This document shows, piece after piece, positions 15,501 to 24,435 of a stretch of 28,448 nucleotides of DNA (position 1 is the first letter of the stretch; each line of letters opens with the position of its first letter). The DNA comes from Candidatus Thorarchaeota archaeon. GTDB taxonomy: Archaea; Asgardarchaeota; Thorarchaeia; Thorarchaeales; Thorarchaeaceae. The notes under the pieces are model-generated. The model was not told where the DNA came from, searched no databases, and saw nothing but the letters and a program-made list of their open reading frames with translations. The translations under genes were made by a program, and so were the position numbers. The stretch covers positions 1 through 28,448 of the forward strand of contig JBHLRS010000041.1 in the NCBI GenBank assembly GCA_048882325.1, given 5' to 3'.

Positions 15501-16821
15501 TTTGAATCGACTCAAGAAATTCAATGCTGCATCAGTGGTCGCATATCCAATCTTAGATGACGCAAACGACCTTCTTGGGATTCTAAGCCTAGTGACACGT
15601 ACTCAACGAACGTTTACTGATGGTGACAGAGAGATTTTTTCTGCCATTGTGAATATGCTTGGATCTGTGCTTGAACGGAAAAAAGCTGAGAAAGCACTGC
15701 AAATCAGTGAACGCAGATATCGTGAACTTCTCAGGAACATCTCTGAAGGTATGGCTATCATCGATTTGGATGAGAAGATCCTCTTTGTGAACAAAGCCTT
15801 CGCTGAGATGTTGGATTACACGCAGAGTGAACTTGTCGGGATGAATATCCTTGATATAATCGCGGAAGAAGATAAAGAGTTGATCCTTGATCAGACCAAA
15901 ATACGACGAGAAGGGGTGAGCTCGTCGTATACACATCGTTTTGTCAGAAAGGATGGAGAACATAGAATTGTCAGAGCATCTGCAGTTCCCTCTAGAGATG
16001 ATGATGGACAGGTTGACGGGACCATCGCGGTTGTTACTGACATTACCGAAAGAATTCAGAAGGACCGCGAAATCAAGAAACTCAATGAGGAGCTCGCACA
16101 AAGGGTTGAAGAAAGAACTGCAGAGTTGGCTGCAGCAAACAAAGAGCTGGAAGCATTCTCATACTCCGTTTCTCACGACCTCCGGGCACCTCTCAGGACT
16201 ATAGACGGATTTAGTCAGGCATTGTTGGAGGACTATTCTGATTCTATTGATGATACAGGACATGATTTTCTTAGAAGAGTGCGGTCTGCAGCGACTCATA
16301 TGGGTTCATTGATTGAGGACCTGCTTGTATTGTCGAGAGTTACTCGAACGGAGATGGAGCGAGTTGATGTTGACCTCTCATTAATCGCAAGTGAAATCAT
16401 TGGTGATTTGCAAGAAATAGACCCAGACCGACAGGTGCACATCAGAATCTCTGATGAGGTGCATGTACGTTGTGATCAACGATTGATCAAGCTTGTTCTC
16501 CAAAATCTTCTCGATAATGCTTGGAAATTCACAAGTAAGATTCCGGATGCCTTAATTGAGTTTGGCTGTCAAGATCAAGATGGAGAATCTGTCTTTTATG
16601 TCCGAGATAATGGTGCTGGATTCAATATGGACTACAGTGACAAACTATTCGTTCCATTTCAGCGACTGCATCAAGCTGAGGAATTCGAAGGCTCTGGAAT
16701 CGGACTGGCTACTGTGCAACGTATTATAAACCGTCATGGTGGTAGAGTATGGGCAGAGAGTGTTGTTGACGGAGGCTCAACATTCTACTTTACCATCCCT
16801 GAAAGGAGGAGCAAGGAATAA
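12529..16821 (+). CDS. Cytoplasmic sensor histidine kinase with about 8 PAS domains and a GAF domain
   Basis: Repeated PAS/PAC motifs (SE.KYR.L.E ... DITERK), a GAF-like segment, H-box 'LEAFSYSVSHDLRAPLR', N-box 'NLLDNAWKFT', and G boxes 'DNGAGF', 'GSGIGLA'. No TM segments seen. Confidence 0.95.
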   Translation: MSELPWTSTLQVNRMYDLLDEGLVVLDNLGVIVHSNQAFAESLQYSTGDLLDYRFDDLVADEQKGVFSPHLIADASRSIQLTLMSRDGERLGKKVKALGLIEDELPKGFFLIITDSEEVHPDFEKIISGAHLKMVTIDRDLNITYVNPAFSETAGKIIGTPVLMGVESQFREEFRLKLEKVMREGTNQQMEFSETLEGRRTTWHELRIGAIRDGPDIVGAVIAGYEITDRVLAMRALGESEGKFRGVFEHANDGIILADEEGRIIAINAAQEKFFGINREDVIGLPLWEVQASILSENKQTSEHQMYLQEALSSFFKMGTAPWLEKTIHGKFTHPHDGTQKTFSQTAFRIPSTKGFMLCSFTWDTTEQTRLEEERKASEHRYKALFDENNDGVFILSLSGKFLEVNARASELLGYDRPEDLVDLPFSETIVEGERAESIKQFERIMGGAKVPIFERTLLKRDGTHVLAELSVSLVLDRDGNPQHVQTIVRDITERKVTQAALDESRERYELALQGADLGVWDWNAEADEMIFSKRWAEMLGYSIEEIEPNYAGWEKLVHPEDLKLMEERWNSHVDGITPFYSSEHRMRTKTGGWKWVLERGKVVEWNEKGGTRRATGTLLDITERKVIEKALEQSEQKYRNLLENIPQRVFYKNRESIYVACNPAFARDLEKVPTEIIGKTDFDLYPMELAESFRTTDKEVLENLQTWESDQEYITSGEPRIAHIVKAPVRDDEGTIVGILGIFWDITENTLSAQALRASETKYRNLVEQSLMGIAIVPRGFESIAFVNPTLCNLLGYSEEEILAMSPEQVSALVHKDDVVLIDDYLNNRLQDKQPGEALQVRMIHNDGSEIWVDFSAGAIEYGETQAVQVTVVDITKRIEAELEVLRDRQVFRTIAEGAIQAKDTGELSQEILKGLVSSLEFDFGTFRLYDEKTNTLRYSALFGVEISDTRPELPVTQEFSEEYIIVRTALTKIPEFISDIEVEIGDKPYLNRLKKFNAASVVAYPILDDANDLLGILSLVTRTQRTFTDGDREIFSAIVNMLGSVLERKKAEKALQISERRYRELLRNISEGMAIIDLDEKILFVNKAFAEMLDYTQSELVGMNILDIIAEEDKELILDQTKIRREGVSSSYTHRFVRKDGEHRIVRASAVPSRDDDGQVDGTIAVVTDITERIQKDREIKKLNEELAQRVEERTAELAAANKELEAFSYSVSHDLRAPLRTIDGFSQALLEDYSDSIDDTGHDFLRRVRSAATHMGSLIEDLLVLSRVTRTEMERVDVDLSLIASEIIGDLQEIDPDRQVHIRISDEVHVRCDQRLIKLVLQNLLDNAWKFTSKIPDALIEFGCQDQDGESVFYVRDNGAGFNMDYSDKLFVPFQRLHQAEEFEGSGIGLATVQRIINRHGGRVWAESVVDGGSTFYFTIPERRSKE

Positions 16822-17276
16822 TGTCTTCAAAGAAGATTTTACTTGTCGAAGACAATACTGATGATGTTCTATTGACATTAAGAGCTCTTCAGCGCGCAAA
16901 CATTCTAAATGAGGTTGTAGTTGCTCGGGATGGAGCAGAGGCCTTCGATTATCTCACCTCTGAGGGACAATATGCTGGAAGAGATTCAGCTGATATCCCA
17001 GTAGTGGTTCTTCTTGACTTGAAAATGCCGCGAATGGGTGGTCTAGAGTTTCTTGGTAAGATACGTAAAATCAATTCTCTCAAGTTTCTCCCAGTCGTAA
17101 TCCTAACCTCAAGCAATGAGGACCGTGACATCTGTGAGAGCTACAATTTGGGAGCCAATTCTTACATTCAGAAGCCTGTTGATTTTGACCAATTTGTACA
17201 AGCCATTCGAACACTTGGCCTTTACTGGTTAGTTCTGAATGTATGCCCCAAAGGAGGTCCCGAATCCTGTGAGTGA
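16821..17276 (+). CDS. Single-domain response regulator (Rcp1-like)
   Basis: 'ILLVEDN.DD..LT', 'LLDLKMP', 'VVILTSS', 'GANSYIQKPVDF'. TAATG stop/start overlap with the kinase. Confidence 0.95.
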   Translation: MSSKKILLVEDNTDDVLLTLRALQRANILNEVVVARDGAEAFDYLTSEGQYAGRDSADIPVVVLLDLKMPRMGGLEFLGKIRKINSLKFLPVVILTSSNEDRDICESYNLGANSYIQKPVDFDQFVQAIRTLGLYWLVLNVCPKGGPESCE

Positions 17277-18696
17277 AGAGGTTCGGATTCTTCTCATTGA
17301 AGACTCTCAAGATGATGCGATTCTCATTGAACGTGTTATCACAAAGGGAGAGCTTGATGCTAGTATCAGGAGGGTCAGTACAGGGGAGGAGATGAAACAG
17401 GCTCTAAATGAAGGGGATTGGGATGCAGTCTTATGTGACTACATGATGCCCAAGTTCAGTATCCCTGATGCAATGAAGGAAATTGAACTTAGAGGTCTGG
17501 ATCTGCCATTCATCATTGTATCAGGTACAATTTCCGATGAAGTCGCAGTGGAGATGATGCAGGCTGGTGCTCATGACTATCTGACTAAGAACAATCTAAG
17601 TCGTCTTGTACCTGCTATCAAACGTGAGATTGGTGAAGCTGAACAGAGAAAGAAAAGACGGACTGCAGAACAAGCACTCCGTGAGAGTGAAAGGAAACAT
17701 CGAACATTGGTTGAGTCTCTGAGTGATACTGTGTTTATTCTTGAGGAAGATGGAGAGGTCTCAGAGTTTTTCTCAAAATCCGGTATCATTCCTGGTGTTA
17801 GTTCAGGGAAATATGTTGGAAGAAAGATATTTGATCTCTTGCCAGCTGAAACTGCTCGCAACTACACTGATGCTGTAAAGTGGGTTCTAGAAACCGGTGA
17901 AATTCAAAGTTTCGAACACCCTCTCAACTTTGTGGATGATCGGACGTGGGTTTCAGTAATCTTCAGTCTTCATGAGGATGGAAAACATGTGGTTGTTGTC
18001 ATGCGTGACGTGTCTGCGCTCAAGAAAGCTGAAGAGGATGCTCGGGCGGCCCATAATGTGGCTTTACTCTATCAAGACATAACTGGGCATGATATCCGAA
18101 ACTACTTGCAGGCAATTATGATTGCATCGGATTTACTGTACTCTGATGAAACAGACACAACACGAGTTACTCTTCTCGATCACATCAATGACTCGGTGGT
18201 AGAATGCAGTGAACTCATTGCCTCTGTACAGTCAACAGCTACTCTGCTGTCGACACCACTTGAGAAAGTTTCTCTTGATTTCTCACTCAAAAGCTGTATT
18301 GATGTTTTCAAGAAGGATCACATGACCGTAAAAATAGAACAGAAGTTAGCAAAGACTCAAGCAGTCATCCTTGCAGATCGGTTTATTCACCATCTGATCC
18401 TGAATATCCTTTCTAATGCTGAAAAGCACAATGAGAATGAAACGAAGACCATCTGGATTCAGCTCACTGAAGAAGATGGAGGATATGTGCTAACAATCGC
18501 AGATAATGGGCCTGGAATCTCTGATGACATGAAGCGGAATCTCCTAAATCCTGAACGCCGTTCTGGAGGTGTAGGTATACATCAGTGTATGCAGATTACT
18601 AGTAAGTATCGCGGGACATTCGGGATTTTTGACCGAGTTGAAGGAGACTACACCCAAGGTGCAAAGTTCAGAGTCTGGCTTCCGAAAGGGAGTTGA
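17269..18696 (+). CDS. Hybrid REC-PAS-histidine kinase
   Basis: REC domain 'ILLIEDS...CDYMMP...GAHDYLTK', PAS, H-box 'GHDIRNYLQ', 'NAEKH', 'DNGPGI'. GTG 17269 after AAGGAGGT is preferred to 17239. Confidence 0.9.
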   Translation: MSEEVRILLIEDSQDDAILIERVITKGELDASIRRVSTGEEMKQALNEGDWDAVLCDYMMPKFSIPDAMKEIELRGLDLPFIIVSGTISDEVAVEMMQAGAHDYLTKNNLSRLVPAIKREIGEAEQRKKRRTAEQALRESERKHRTLVESLSDTVFILEEDGEVSEFFSKSGIIPGVSSGKYVGRKIFDLLPAETARNYTDAVKWVLETGEIQSFEHPLNFVDDRTWVSVIFSLHEDGKHVVVVMRDVSALKKAEEDARAAHNVALLYQDITGHDIRNYLQAIMIASDLLYSDETDTTRVTLLDHINDSVVECSELIASVQSTATLLSTPLEKVSLDFSLKSCIDVFKKDHMTVKIEQKLAKTQAVILADRFIHHLILNILSNAEKHNENETKTIWIQLTEEDGGYVLTIADNGPGISDDMKRNLLNPERRSGGVGIHQCMQITSKYRGTFGIFDRVEGDYTQGAKFRVWLPKGS

Positions 18697-18820
18697 TTAG
18701 GTATCCCTCTATCAAGGGTAATAACCGCTTGATATCCTGTTTCTGGGCATCTTTTGCCTGCAGCTCTTGGGACAAAAGTCTTTACTCGTTGGTGATGCCG
18801 TAAGGAATGGTGGTCCTGAT

Positions 18821-20485
18821 ATGAAGGTAGCCATGGCTCAAATCAATCCAATCGTTGGTGACATTAAAGGAAATCTTGCCAAAATCATCGAGAACCTGAA
18901 TAAGAGCAAGGAACTAAACGTCGACATCGTGGCTTTTCCTGAGATGGTGATAACAGGCTATCCTCCTCAAGACCTGTTGCATGAACGTGCCTTTATTAGG
19001 GCTAATCATGATGCCATCAAATCTATTGCAGATTCCACACAAGGGATTGTCGCAATTGTTGGATTCGTAGACTCTGATGATGAAGGTCTACTGTATAATG
19101 CGGCCGCAGTATTTGAGAATGGGAAACTACAACATGTCGTTCACAAGACGCTTCTTCCAACTTATGACGTATTTGATGAGGAACGATATTTTGAGCCAGG
19201 TGAGAGCATTAATCCTGTCAGGGTGAAAGTCAAAGAACTAGAGATAGAACTAGGAGTCGAAATATGTGAGGACCTTTGGGATGAAGCTTATGATGAAAAA
19301 GTGACCGATGTTCTCTGTTCAAACGGCGCACAAATCATTATCAATATTTCATCCTCACCTTTCCATGTAGGAAAACAGTTCGAACGTGAAAGGTTAGTTC
19401 GTGAAAAGGCTACAAAGAACAAGACTCCCGTCTTTCTAGTGAACCTTGTCGGAGGTCAGGATGAGCTCGTTTTTGATGGTCGCAGTATAGCTGTTGACTC
19501 GAAGAATCGTATAATTGCTCTCGGAGCTCAGTTTGAAGAAGACTTAGTTCTTGCAGAATTTGATATCAATACTGGTGAAGGATCTCCCATCACAAAACCG
19601 AGTTATGATGAAGACGCAGAGATGTACAATGCCATAGTCTTAGGAATCAAGGATTACTTTAGAAAGACCGGTTTCAAGAGAGCTGTTCTAGGACTCAGTG
19701 GGGGAATTGATTCGTCTTTGACTGCATGCATTGCTGTGGATGCATTAGGTTCTGAGAATGTGATTGGGGTGTCAATGCCTTCCAAATACTCCTCCGACCA
19801 CTCAAAGAGTGATGCCGAGTTGCTTGCAGACAATCTCGGTATCAAGTATATCCAAGTACCAATCCAAGACATTGTCAATTCCTACCATACCGCGTGGGAT
19901 GAACCACTAGAAGAATTACGAGAGCATTTCGGAGTTGTCATCTCGCAAGACGACCCTGTTGCAGATGAGAATATACAGCCAAGAACTCGTGGAAACATAC
20001 TAATGGACATATCCAATCGACTGAAGGACCTCAGAATTCTTGTTCTCAATACAGGTAATAAGACTGAGATTGCTCTTGGCTATTGTACTCTCTATGGTGA
20101 TATGACAGGAGGAGTGGGTGTAATTGGAGATGTAAGCAAGCTCGAAGTGTATCGACTATCAGAATATGTGAATCGAAAAGCTAGCAAACAGGTCATCCCC
20201 AATGGATCATTTACCAAGAAACCCTCCGCGGAATTGAAGGAGGACCAATTTGACCCGTTTGATTTTGATATCGTAAGTCCAATGGTTGATGAGATTGTTG
20301 CAAATAGACGAGGTAAGCAGGATCTTTTAGACATGGGTTACCCCAAGGACATTGTCGAGGATGTATATCGGCGAATCCGTCTATCAGAGTATAAGAGGTG
20401 GCAGGCACCCCCTTGCATCCGCATTACTCGGAAGTCCTTTGGAATGGGATGGAAGATGCCCATTGTGAATCATTTCCGGGAGTGA
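18821..20485 (+). CDS. nadE: Glutamine-dependent NAD+ synthetase
   Basis: Nitrilase-type domain (FPEM..TGYPPQDL, K..LPTYDVFDE.RYF, ICEDLW) plus synthetase domain (LGLSGGIDS, ENIQPR.RG, TGNKTE...GY.TLYGD, PSAEL, EYKRWQAPP). Start ATG 18821. Confidence 0.96.
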   Translation: MKVAMAQINPIVGDIKGNLAKIIENLNKSKELNVDIVAFPEMVITGYPPQDLLHERAFIRANHDAIKSIADSTQGIVAIVGFVDSDDEGLLYNAAAVFENGKLQHVVHKTLLPTYDVFDEERYFEPGESINPVRVKVKELEIELGVEICEDLWDEAYDEKVTDVLCSNGAQIIINISSSPFHVGKQFERERLVREKATKNKTPVFLVNLVGGQDELVFDGRSIAVDSKNRIIALGAQFEEDLVLAEFDINTGEGSPITKPSYDEDAEMYNAIVLGIKDYFRKTGFKRAVLGLSGGIDSSLTACIAVDALGSENVIGVSMPSKYSSDHSKSDAELLADNLGIKYIQVPIQDIVNSYHTAWDEPLEELREHFGVVISQDDPVADENIQPRTRGNILMDISNRLKDLRILVLNTGNKTEIALGYCTLYGDMTGGVGVIGDVSKLEVYRLSEYVNRKASKQVIPNGSFTKKPSAELKEDQFDPFDFDIVSPMVDEIVANRRGKQDLLDMGYPKDIVEDVYRRIRLSEYKRWQAPPCIRITRKSFGMGWKMPIVNHFRE

Positions 20486-20487
20486 TA

Positions 20488-21180
20488 CTACGGAGCCAAA
20501 ATTAAGGTCTCGATGATGAAATAGAAGAAGGATGCATTACCCATATAGAATATCATCACAATAAATGCCGCTGTTAGGTTCATCCAGAGCTTTTTGTCTT
20601 TGATTATGTTGTAGCAGATGAACACAGATAGTCCCAGGAGCATCTCGGGAATGATGATATACCAAGCTAGGTTCCCAGTCATCCCTGTGACAGTAGCTGT
20701 CCATGATGGTAGATAGACCAAGGTCAACTCAGCGATACCGAATATCAGAAGTGATAGTATAGAAACTACAGCATACACCTGTATGATTGACCTTCTTTCT
20801 TGGATTTGTGATCCGATGAAGAGGATGATGAAAAATGGGATCGCCCAGAGCCCCGCCATGTATATGGGTATAGCCCCACCAATCATTGGGAATCCATCAG
20901 GCTGAAACTGAAGTGCCCCTAGTGTTGCAGCGAGGTACCAATCTGGGAAGACCATCAATATGCTTAGAATGAATGAGAATATCCAGATTCGCAACCAATC
21001 CTCATATCCAATCCGAAATCCTTGAAGCATGATCAATCCGTTGTAGATAATTACAACAATCAACATCCTTGCACTGATTGGAGCAGTCGCTGGTATTAGT
21101 AGCGTCATTGCAGTGAGAATCGCGAAGATGACATGAGTCACTAGAAACTCTCTGGTTGATTTGTCCTTCAACAAGTCCAT
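20488..21180 (-). CDS. Polytopic membrane protein of unknown function
   Basis: About 7 hydrophobic helices with a conserved-looking 'FPDWYL...G.L.F..DG...IG..IP.YMAGLW.IP' motif. Confidence 0.7.
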   Translation of the reverse strand: MDLLKDKSTREFLVTHVIFAILTAMTLLIPATAPISARMLIVVIIYNGLIMLQGFRIGYEDWLRIWIFSFILSILMVFPDWYLAATLGALQFQPDGFPMIGGAIPIYMAGLWAIPFFIILFIGSQIQERRSIIQVYAVVSILSLLIFGIAELTLVYLPSWTATVTGMTGNLAWYIIIPEMLLGLSVFICYNIIKDKKLWMNLTAAFIVMIFYMGNASFFYFIIETLILAP

Positions 21181-21413
21181 GAGCTACCTCTCCACACTTT
21201 TACACGGGTTGACGGCCTATAAACTATGAGGGCTGTAATTTTCTGAGAAATTGATCTAGCTCTGAACTCATATCAGAAACATGTTTTCTTATCCATACCA
21301 TGTCCATCTACTCAAAAGTGCTAAGACTTATCTTCACTCACGAAGGGAACTCGCGGAAGCTATTGTTCTTACTCAATTTGTGAAACCAATAGCACGCTAA
21401 AGAGGAGAAAAAA

Positions 21414-22307
21414 ATGTCAGAAAAAATCGGACAACTTGACTTAGTATTCGTCGTAGATAATACCGGGTCAATGGGACCTTATATTGCAAATGTCAAGTCA
21501 AAGATTCTAGAAATTATTCGTACAATCAAAAAGGAGGAGATGGTTCACAGACTTCGTGTGGGTCTTGTGTCTTATAGAGACCACCCGCCTGAGGAAACAA
21601 CATACGTCACCCAGAAATATGAACTGACATCGGATACATCCAAGATTGAGAGTTATGTTATGCAGATGGAAGCATCCGGTGGAGGTGATGGTCCTGAAGC
21701 AGTCTCAACTGCTCTTCAGGTCATGAACAGAATGGAGTTCCTCAATGAATCAGCAAAGATAGCCGTCCTTATTGGTGATGCACCACCACATGGTGTAGAG
21801 GATGGAGACTGTTGGCCACAGGGAACACCTGATGGTGCCAAATGGACCGAGGAGGCAAATAGAGCATTTGGCAAGGGTATTGTTATTCACACAGTTGGTT
21901 GCTTCCCTGAGATTGCAAACTATCAGAAAGGTGTTGAAACCTATGAGAAGATTGCAGCTGACTCACAAGGAAGATTCATTCCACTGGAAAAGGCAGAGCT
22001 CCTTGTCAATATCATCACTGGACTAGCTGTCGAAGAGATTGATAAACTAGCTATACAGAAGTCAATCCTCGAAGACTTGGGGGTCAGCATGGAGGACTTC
22101 CCTGCAGATGAGGAGTTCACTGAAGACAAGATCTCTGAAATCGTCGCAAGGGTTCAGGCGAAGGGCGTCAAGAAACGGGCCATGGCTGAGAGAGCCGCAA
22201 GTGCTCCTGCAGCAGCAAGCGAAGACGTTGTGATGGAAGAGCAAGATATTGATGAGGCAGACATCCGAGAAGCTGTTCGGCAGTTAAAGTCAAAGTCAGG
22301 CAGATAA
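21414..22307 (+). CDS. Stand-alone von Willebrand factor A (vWA) domain protein
   Basis: MIDAS-like 'DLVFVVDNTGSM', 'GLVSYRDH', 'ASGGGDGPEA', 'LIGDAPPHG'. Ribosome site GAGGAG. Confidence 0.9.
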   Translation: MSEKIGQLDLVFVVDNTGSMGPYIANVKSKILEIIRTIKKEEMVHRLRVGLVSYRDHPPEETTYVTQKYELTSDTSKIESYVMQMEASGGGDGPEAVSTALQVMNRMEFLNESAKIAVLIGDAPPHGVEDGDCWPQGTPDGAKWTEEANRAFGKGIVIHTVGCFPEIANYQKGVETYEKIAADSQGRFIPLEKAELLVNIITGLAVEEIDKLAIQKSILEDLGVSMEDFPADEEFTEDKISEIVARVQAKGVKKRAMAERAASAPAAASEDVVMEEQDIDEADIREAVRQLKSKSGR

Positions 22308-22401
22308 TCTCTATTGGTGCTGTATCAAGCAGCACCACCATTTCAATTATTCACAATTGTGAAGATTGATTAGGGTGAAATCCAATGATAATTTGGTTGG
22401 C

Positions 22402-22680
22402 ATGACTGAACGGATAAAGACACTCCATCCTGAAGGAAAGAAGGGAGTCAATATTAAGAAGGCAAAGTATGACAAGATGAAGAAAGCCATCATTTCTTCA
22501 TTGAAAGGTGTAGAATCTATTAGCTTCAAGAATCTTGGACAAGTTGTCCGAGAACGTTTAACCAAAGACTTTGAAGGTTCTATCGGCTGGTACTACACAA
22601 CGGTCAAGCTCGATCTCGAGGCTAGAGGTATTATAGAACGAGTACCGAACACCAGACCACAGTTACTCCGACTTGCCTGA
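22402..22680 (+). CDS. Small conserved hypothetical protein (DUF6958-like, probable winged helix)
   Basis: 'TLHPEGKKGVNI.K.KYD' and 'FEGSIGWYYTTVKLDLEARG.IER'. Family recognised from memory. Start ATG 22402. Confidence 0.65.
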   Translation: MTERIKTLHPEGKKGVNIKKAKYDKMKKAIISSLKGVESISFKNLGQVVRERLTKDFEGSIGWYYTTVKLDLEARGIIERVPNTRPQLLRLA

Positions 22681-22779
22681 AGTACAATTATTTTTCTTTG
22701 CTTATGCACACCAAACTCACCTTTATCTATTGCATAGTTTCATTTTTTCTATAGATGGAATCTCTCAGGGTTTCATGAT

Positions 22780-23664
22780 GTGTTTAGGAGGATGCAAATG
22801 AAAAATAAAAGGATTAGATTGTTCGTCGTCTTCTTGACGACTCTACTTTTCTTAACATGTATTTCCACGATAGAAGTCTCTGCAACAGTTGTCTTTCACG
22901 ACGATTTTCAGGATGGAAACATGGATGGATGGACGGTAGCTCTAGGAAACTTCACCATTGCTGAATATGCAACCGGTGAGTTTGCGTTATTGAGTGGACG
23001 CAGTAATACAATTGGTCAATATGTTTGGAATTCCACACCGGTCATGACTGAAGGAACTTGGAGTTTTGATTATTACCATTTTTCGTACTCCGATATCTGG
23101 ATTGATTTTCATTTCTTCATTAATGGGACCCTGATTGACAATGATATAGATGGCTATATGCTTGAAATTACCCATGAAACTGGCCCATATAGTCTACGAC
23201 TTATCAGGATTGAACAGGGAAGTGAAACTCTTCTTAAGTTTGGGATCATACCTGAAGGTTTTGCTGGTACTTGGACTCACTTTGATATCACACGTAATGC
23301 TACAAATGGAGAGATGAATGTGTGGATGAATGGAACATGGGCACTCGACGCAATGGACACAACCTTCAATCGTTCTGAGAAATTCGTATTTTTCAATTTT
23401 AAAGGTGGTCCCATGGGAAATCGTGTTGTACCGGGTATCATGCTGGACAACTTGATTATTGATGATCAAATCACGATTTTTCCGCCAGAACCAACTCCGA
23501 CAGTGTCAACTTCGACCGAACCATCAATATCCACAACGACTAGTGAAACTACAACACCAACAGGTAATGGAGAACCCTTTGTGTTGGACCCAATGCTCCT
23601 GGCTGTGGGTGGTGGAGTCATTATTCTGCTAGTTGTTATCGTTGTCATAATGAAACGAAAATAG
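22780..23664 (+). CDS. Secreted cell-surface protein with beta-sandwich (LamG/ConA-like) domain, Thr/Pro linker and C-terminal membrane anchor
   Basis: Signal peptide, 'FHDDF.DG..DGW', 'WTHFDITRN...G...VW.NG', 'LDNLII', T-rich linker, TM helix and KRK. Confidence 0.7.
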   Translation: MFRRMQMKNKRIRLFVVFLTTLLFLTCISTIEVSATVVFHDDFQDGNMDGWTVALGNFTIAEYATGEFALLSGRSNTIGQYVWNSTPVMTEGTWSFDYYHFSYSDIWIDFHFFINGTLIDNDIDGYMLEITHETGPYSLRLIRIEQGSETLLKFGIIPEGFAGTWTHFDITRNATNGEMNVWMNGTWALDAMDTTFNRSEKFVFFNFKGGPMGNRVVPGIMLDNLIIDDQITIFPPEPTPTVSTSTEPSISTTTSETTTPTGNGEPFVLDPMLLAVGGGVIILLVVIVVIMKRK

Positions 23665-23674
23665 CAAGATTTTT

Positions 23675-23706
23675 GGGAGGAGATATTCCTCCCACACCTT
23701 CTTTTT
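23675..23706 (+). terminator. Hairpin plus T-tract terminator
   Basis: GGGAGGA-gatat-TCCTCCC followed by ACACCTTCTTTTT, 10 nt after the stop at 23664. Confidence 0.6.
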
Positions 23707-23945
23707 CAATGATGTCATCTTACAGAGTCAGAATGAGGTTGGTGGGCAGTGCCGATCAGGCAAATGGTAGGAGGGGGGGAGTTATGAGGGCATGTTACAG
23801 AAAATGTTGCCCAATCAGCCGCCTGTCCACCGTTCTAGCATGGGACAATGTTCCTAATAAGCGTCACCATCTAACGCTCCTATTCGAGAAATTTCTGATT
23901 CCGGTAGCAAAAGGCTATTCAGTGTGCGAAATTCAGCAAAAAAAC

Positions 23946-24392
23946 ATGTCAGATAGTCACGAAGAGCACATTTATAGTATGAACAGTAACTGGGTGCGTG
24001 ACAAAATTGTCACCATTGAGATAGACGGTAAGGAAGATTTCCAGGTTGCTACACCGCCCGATTTCTGGGCTGAGAGCCCAAAGGATATTCTATCCCCAGA
24101 GGACCTCTTTGTGGCGTCCGCATTGTCCTGTTATGGCGTTTCTTTATCGGGCGTCGCTAAACGATTCCATGGGGAATTCAAGAATTTTCATTTGTCCGCT
24201 ACTGGAACACTAAAGCAGGGGGAGTTTGGCTGGGAGTTTGACCAGATCACTATCGATGCCAAAATAATTGTTGAGTCAAAACAAGATCAAAAGAGGATGT
24301 CAAAAGCTGCAGAGAGAGCGCATCAATATTGTTTGGTAGGGAACTCGATGAAATGTCCAATTCATCTGAATTATGAAGTAGTCATTCATTGA
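23946..24392 (+). CDS. OsmC/Ohr-family protein
   Basis: 'TPPDF......LSPEDLFVASALSC' and 'AERAHQYCLVGNS' supply the two conserved Cys. True start is ATG 23946; the ORF-track extension from 23673 is spurious. Confidence 0.85.
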   Translation: MSDSHEEHIYSMNSNWVRDKIVTIEIDGKEDFQVATPPDFWAESPKDILSPEDLFVASALSCYGVSLSGVAKRFHGEFKNFHLSATGTLKQGEFGWEFDQITIDAKIIVESKQDQKRMSKAAERAHQYCLVGNSMKCPIHLNYEVVIH

Positions 24393-24416
24393 TGAAACCC
24401 AAGCACTTATTAACTA

Positions 24417-24432
24417 ATTAACAATTGTTAAT
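24417..24432. promoter_or_regulatory. Perfect palindrome ATTAACAATTGTTAAT immediately upstream of the second OsmC gene
   Basis: 16-bp perfect inverted repeat ending 3 nt before ATG 24436. 24417-24435 is identical to 26101-26119. Confidence 0.7.
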
Positions 24433-24435
24433 AAT

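Noticed and set aside
12529-16821. Bacteriophytochrome
   Set aside because: The kinase core and receiver are Cph1/Rcp1-like, but there is no PAS-GAF-PHY module or DIP motif.
23715-23870. Possible TAG-readthrough (pyrrolysine) ORF on the minus strand starting MVTLIRNIVPC*
   Set aside because: The read-through product has no recognisable features and nothing in the window supports recoding.
23673-23945. N-terminal extension of the first OsmC ORF
   Set aside because: It runs through a terminator hairpin and looks non-coding. Similarity to the paralogue begins at ATG 23946.
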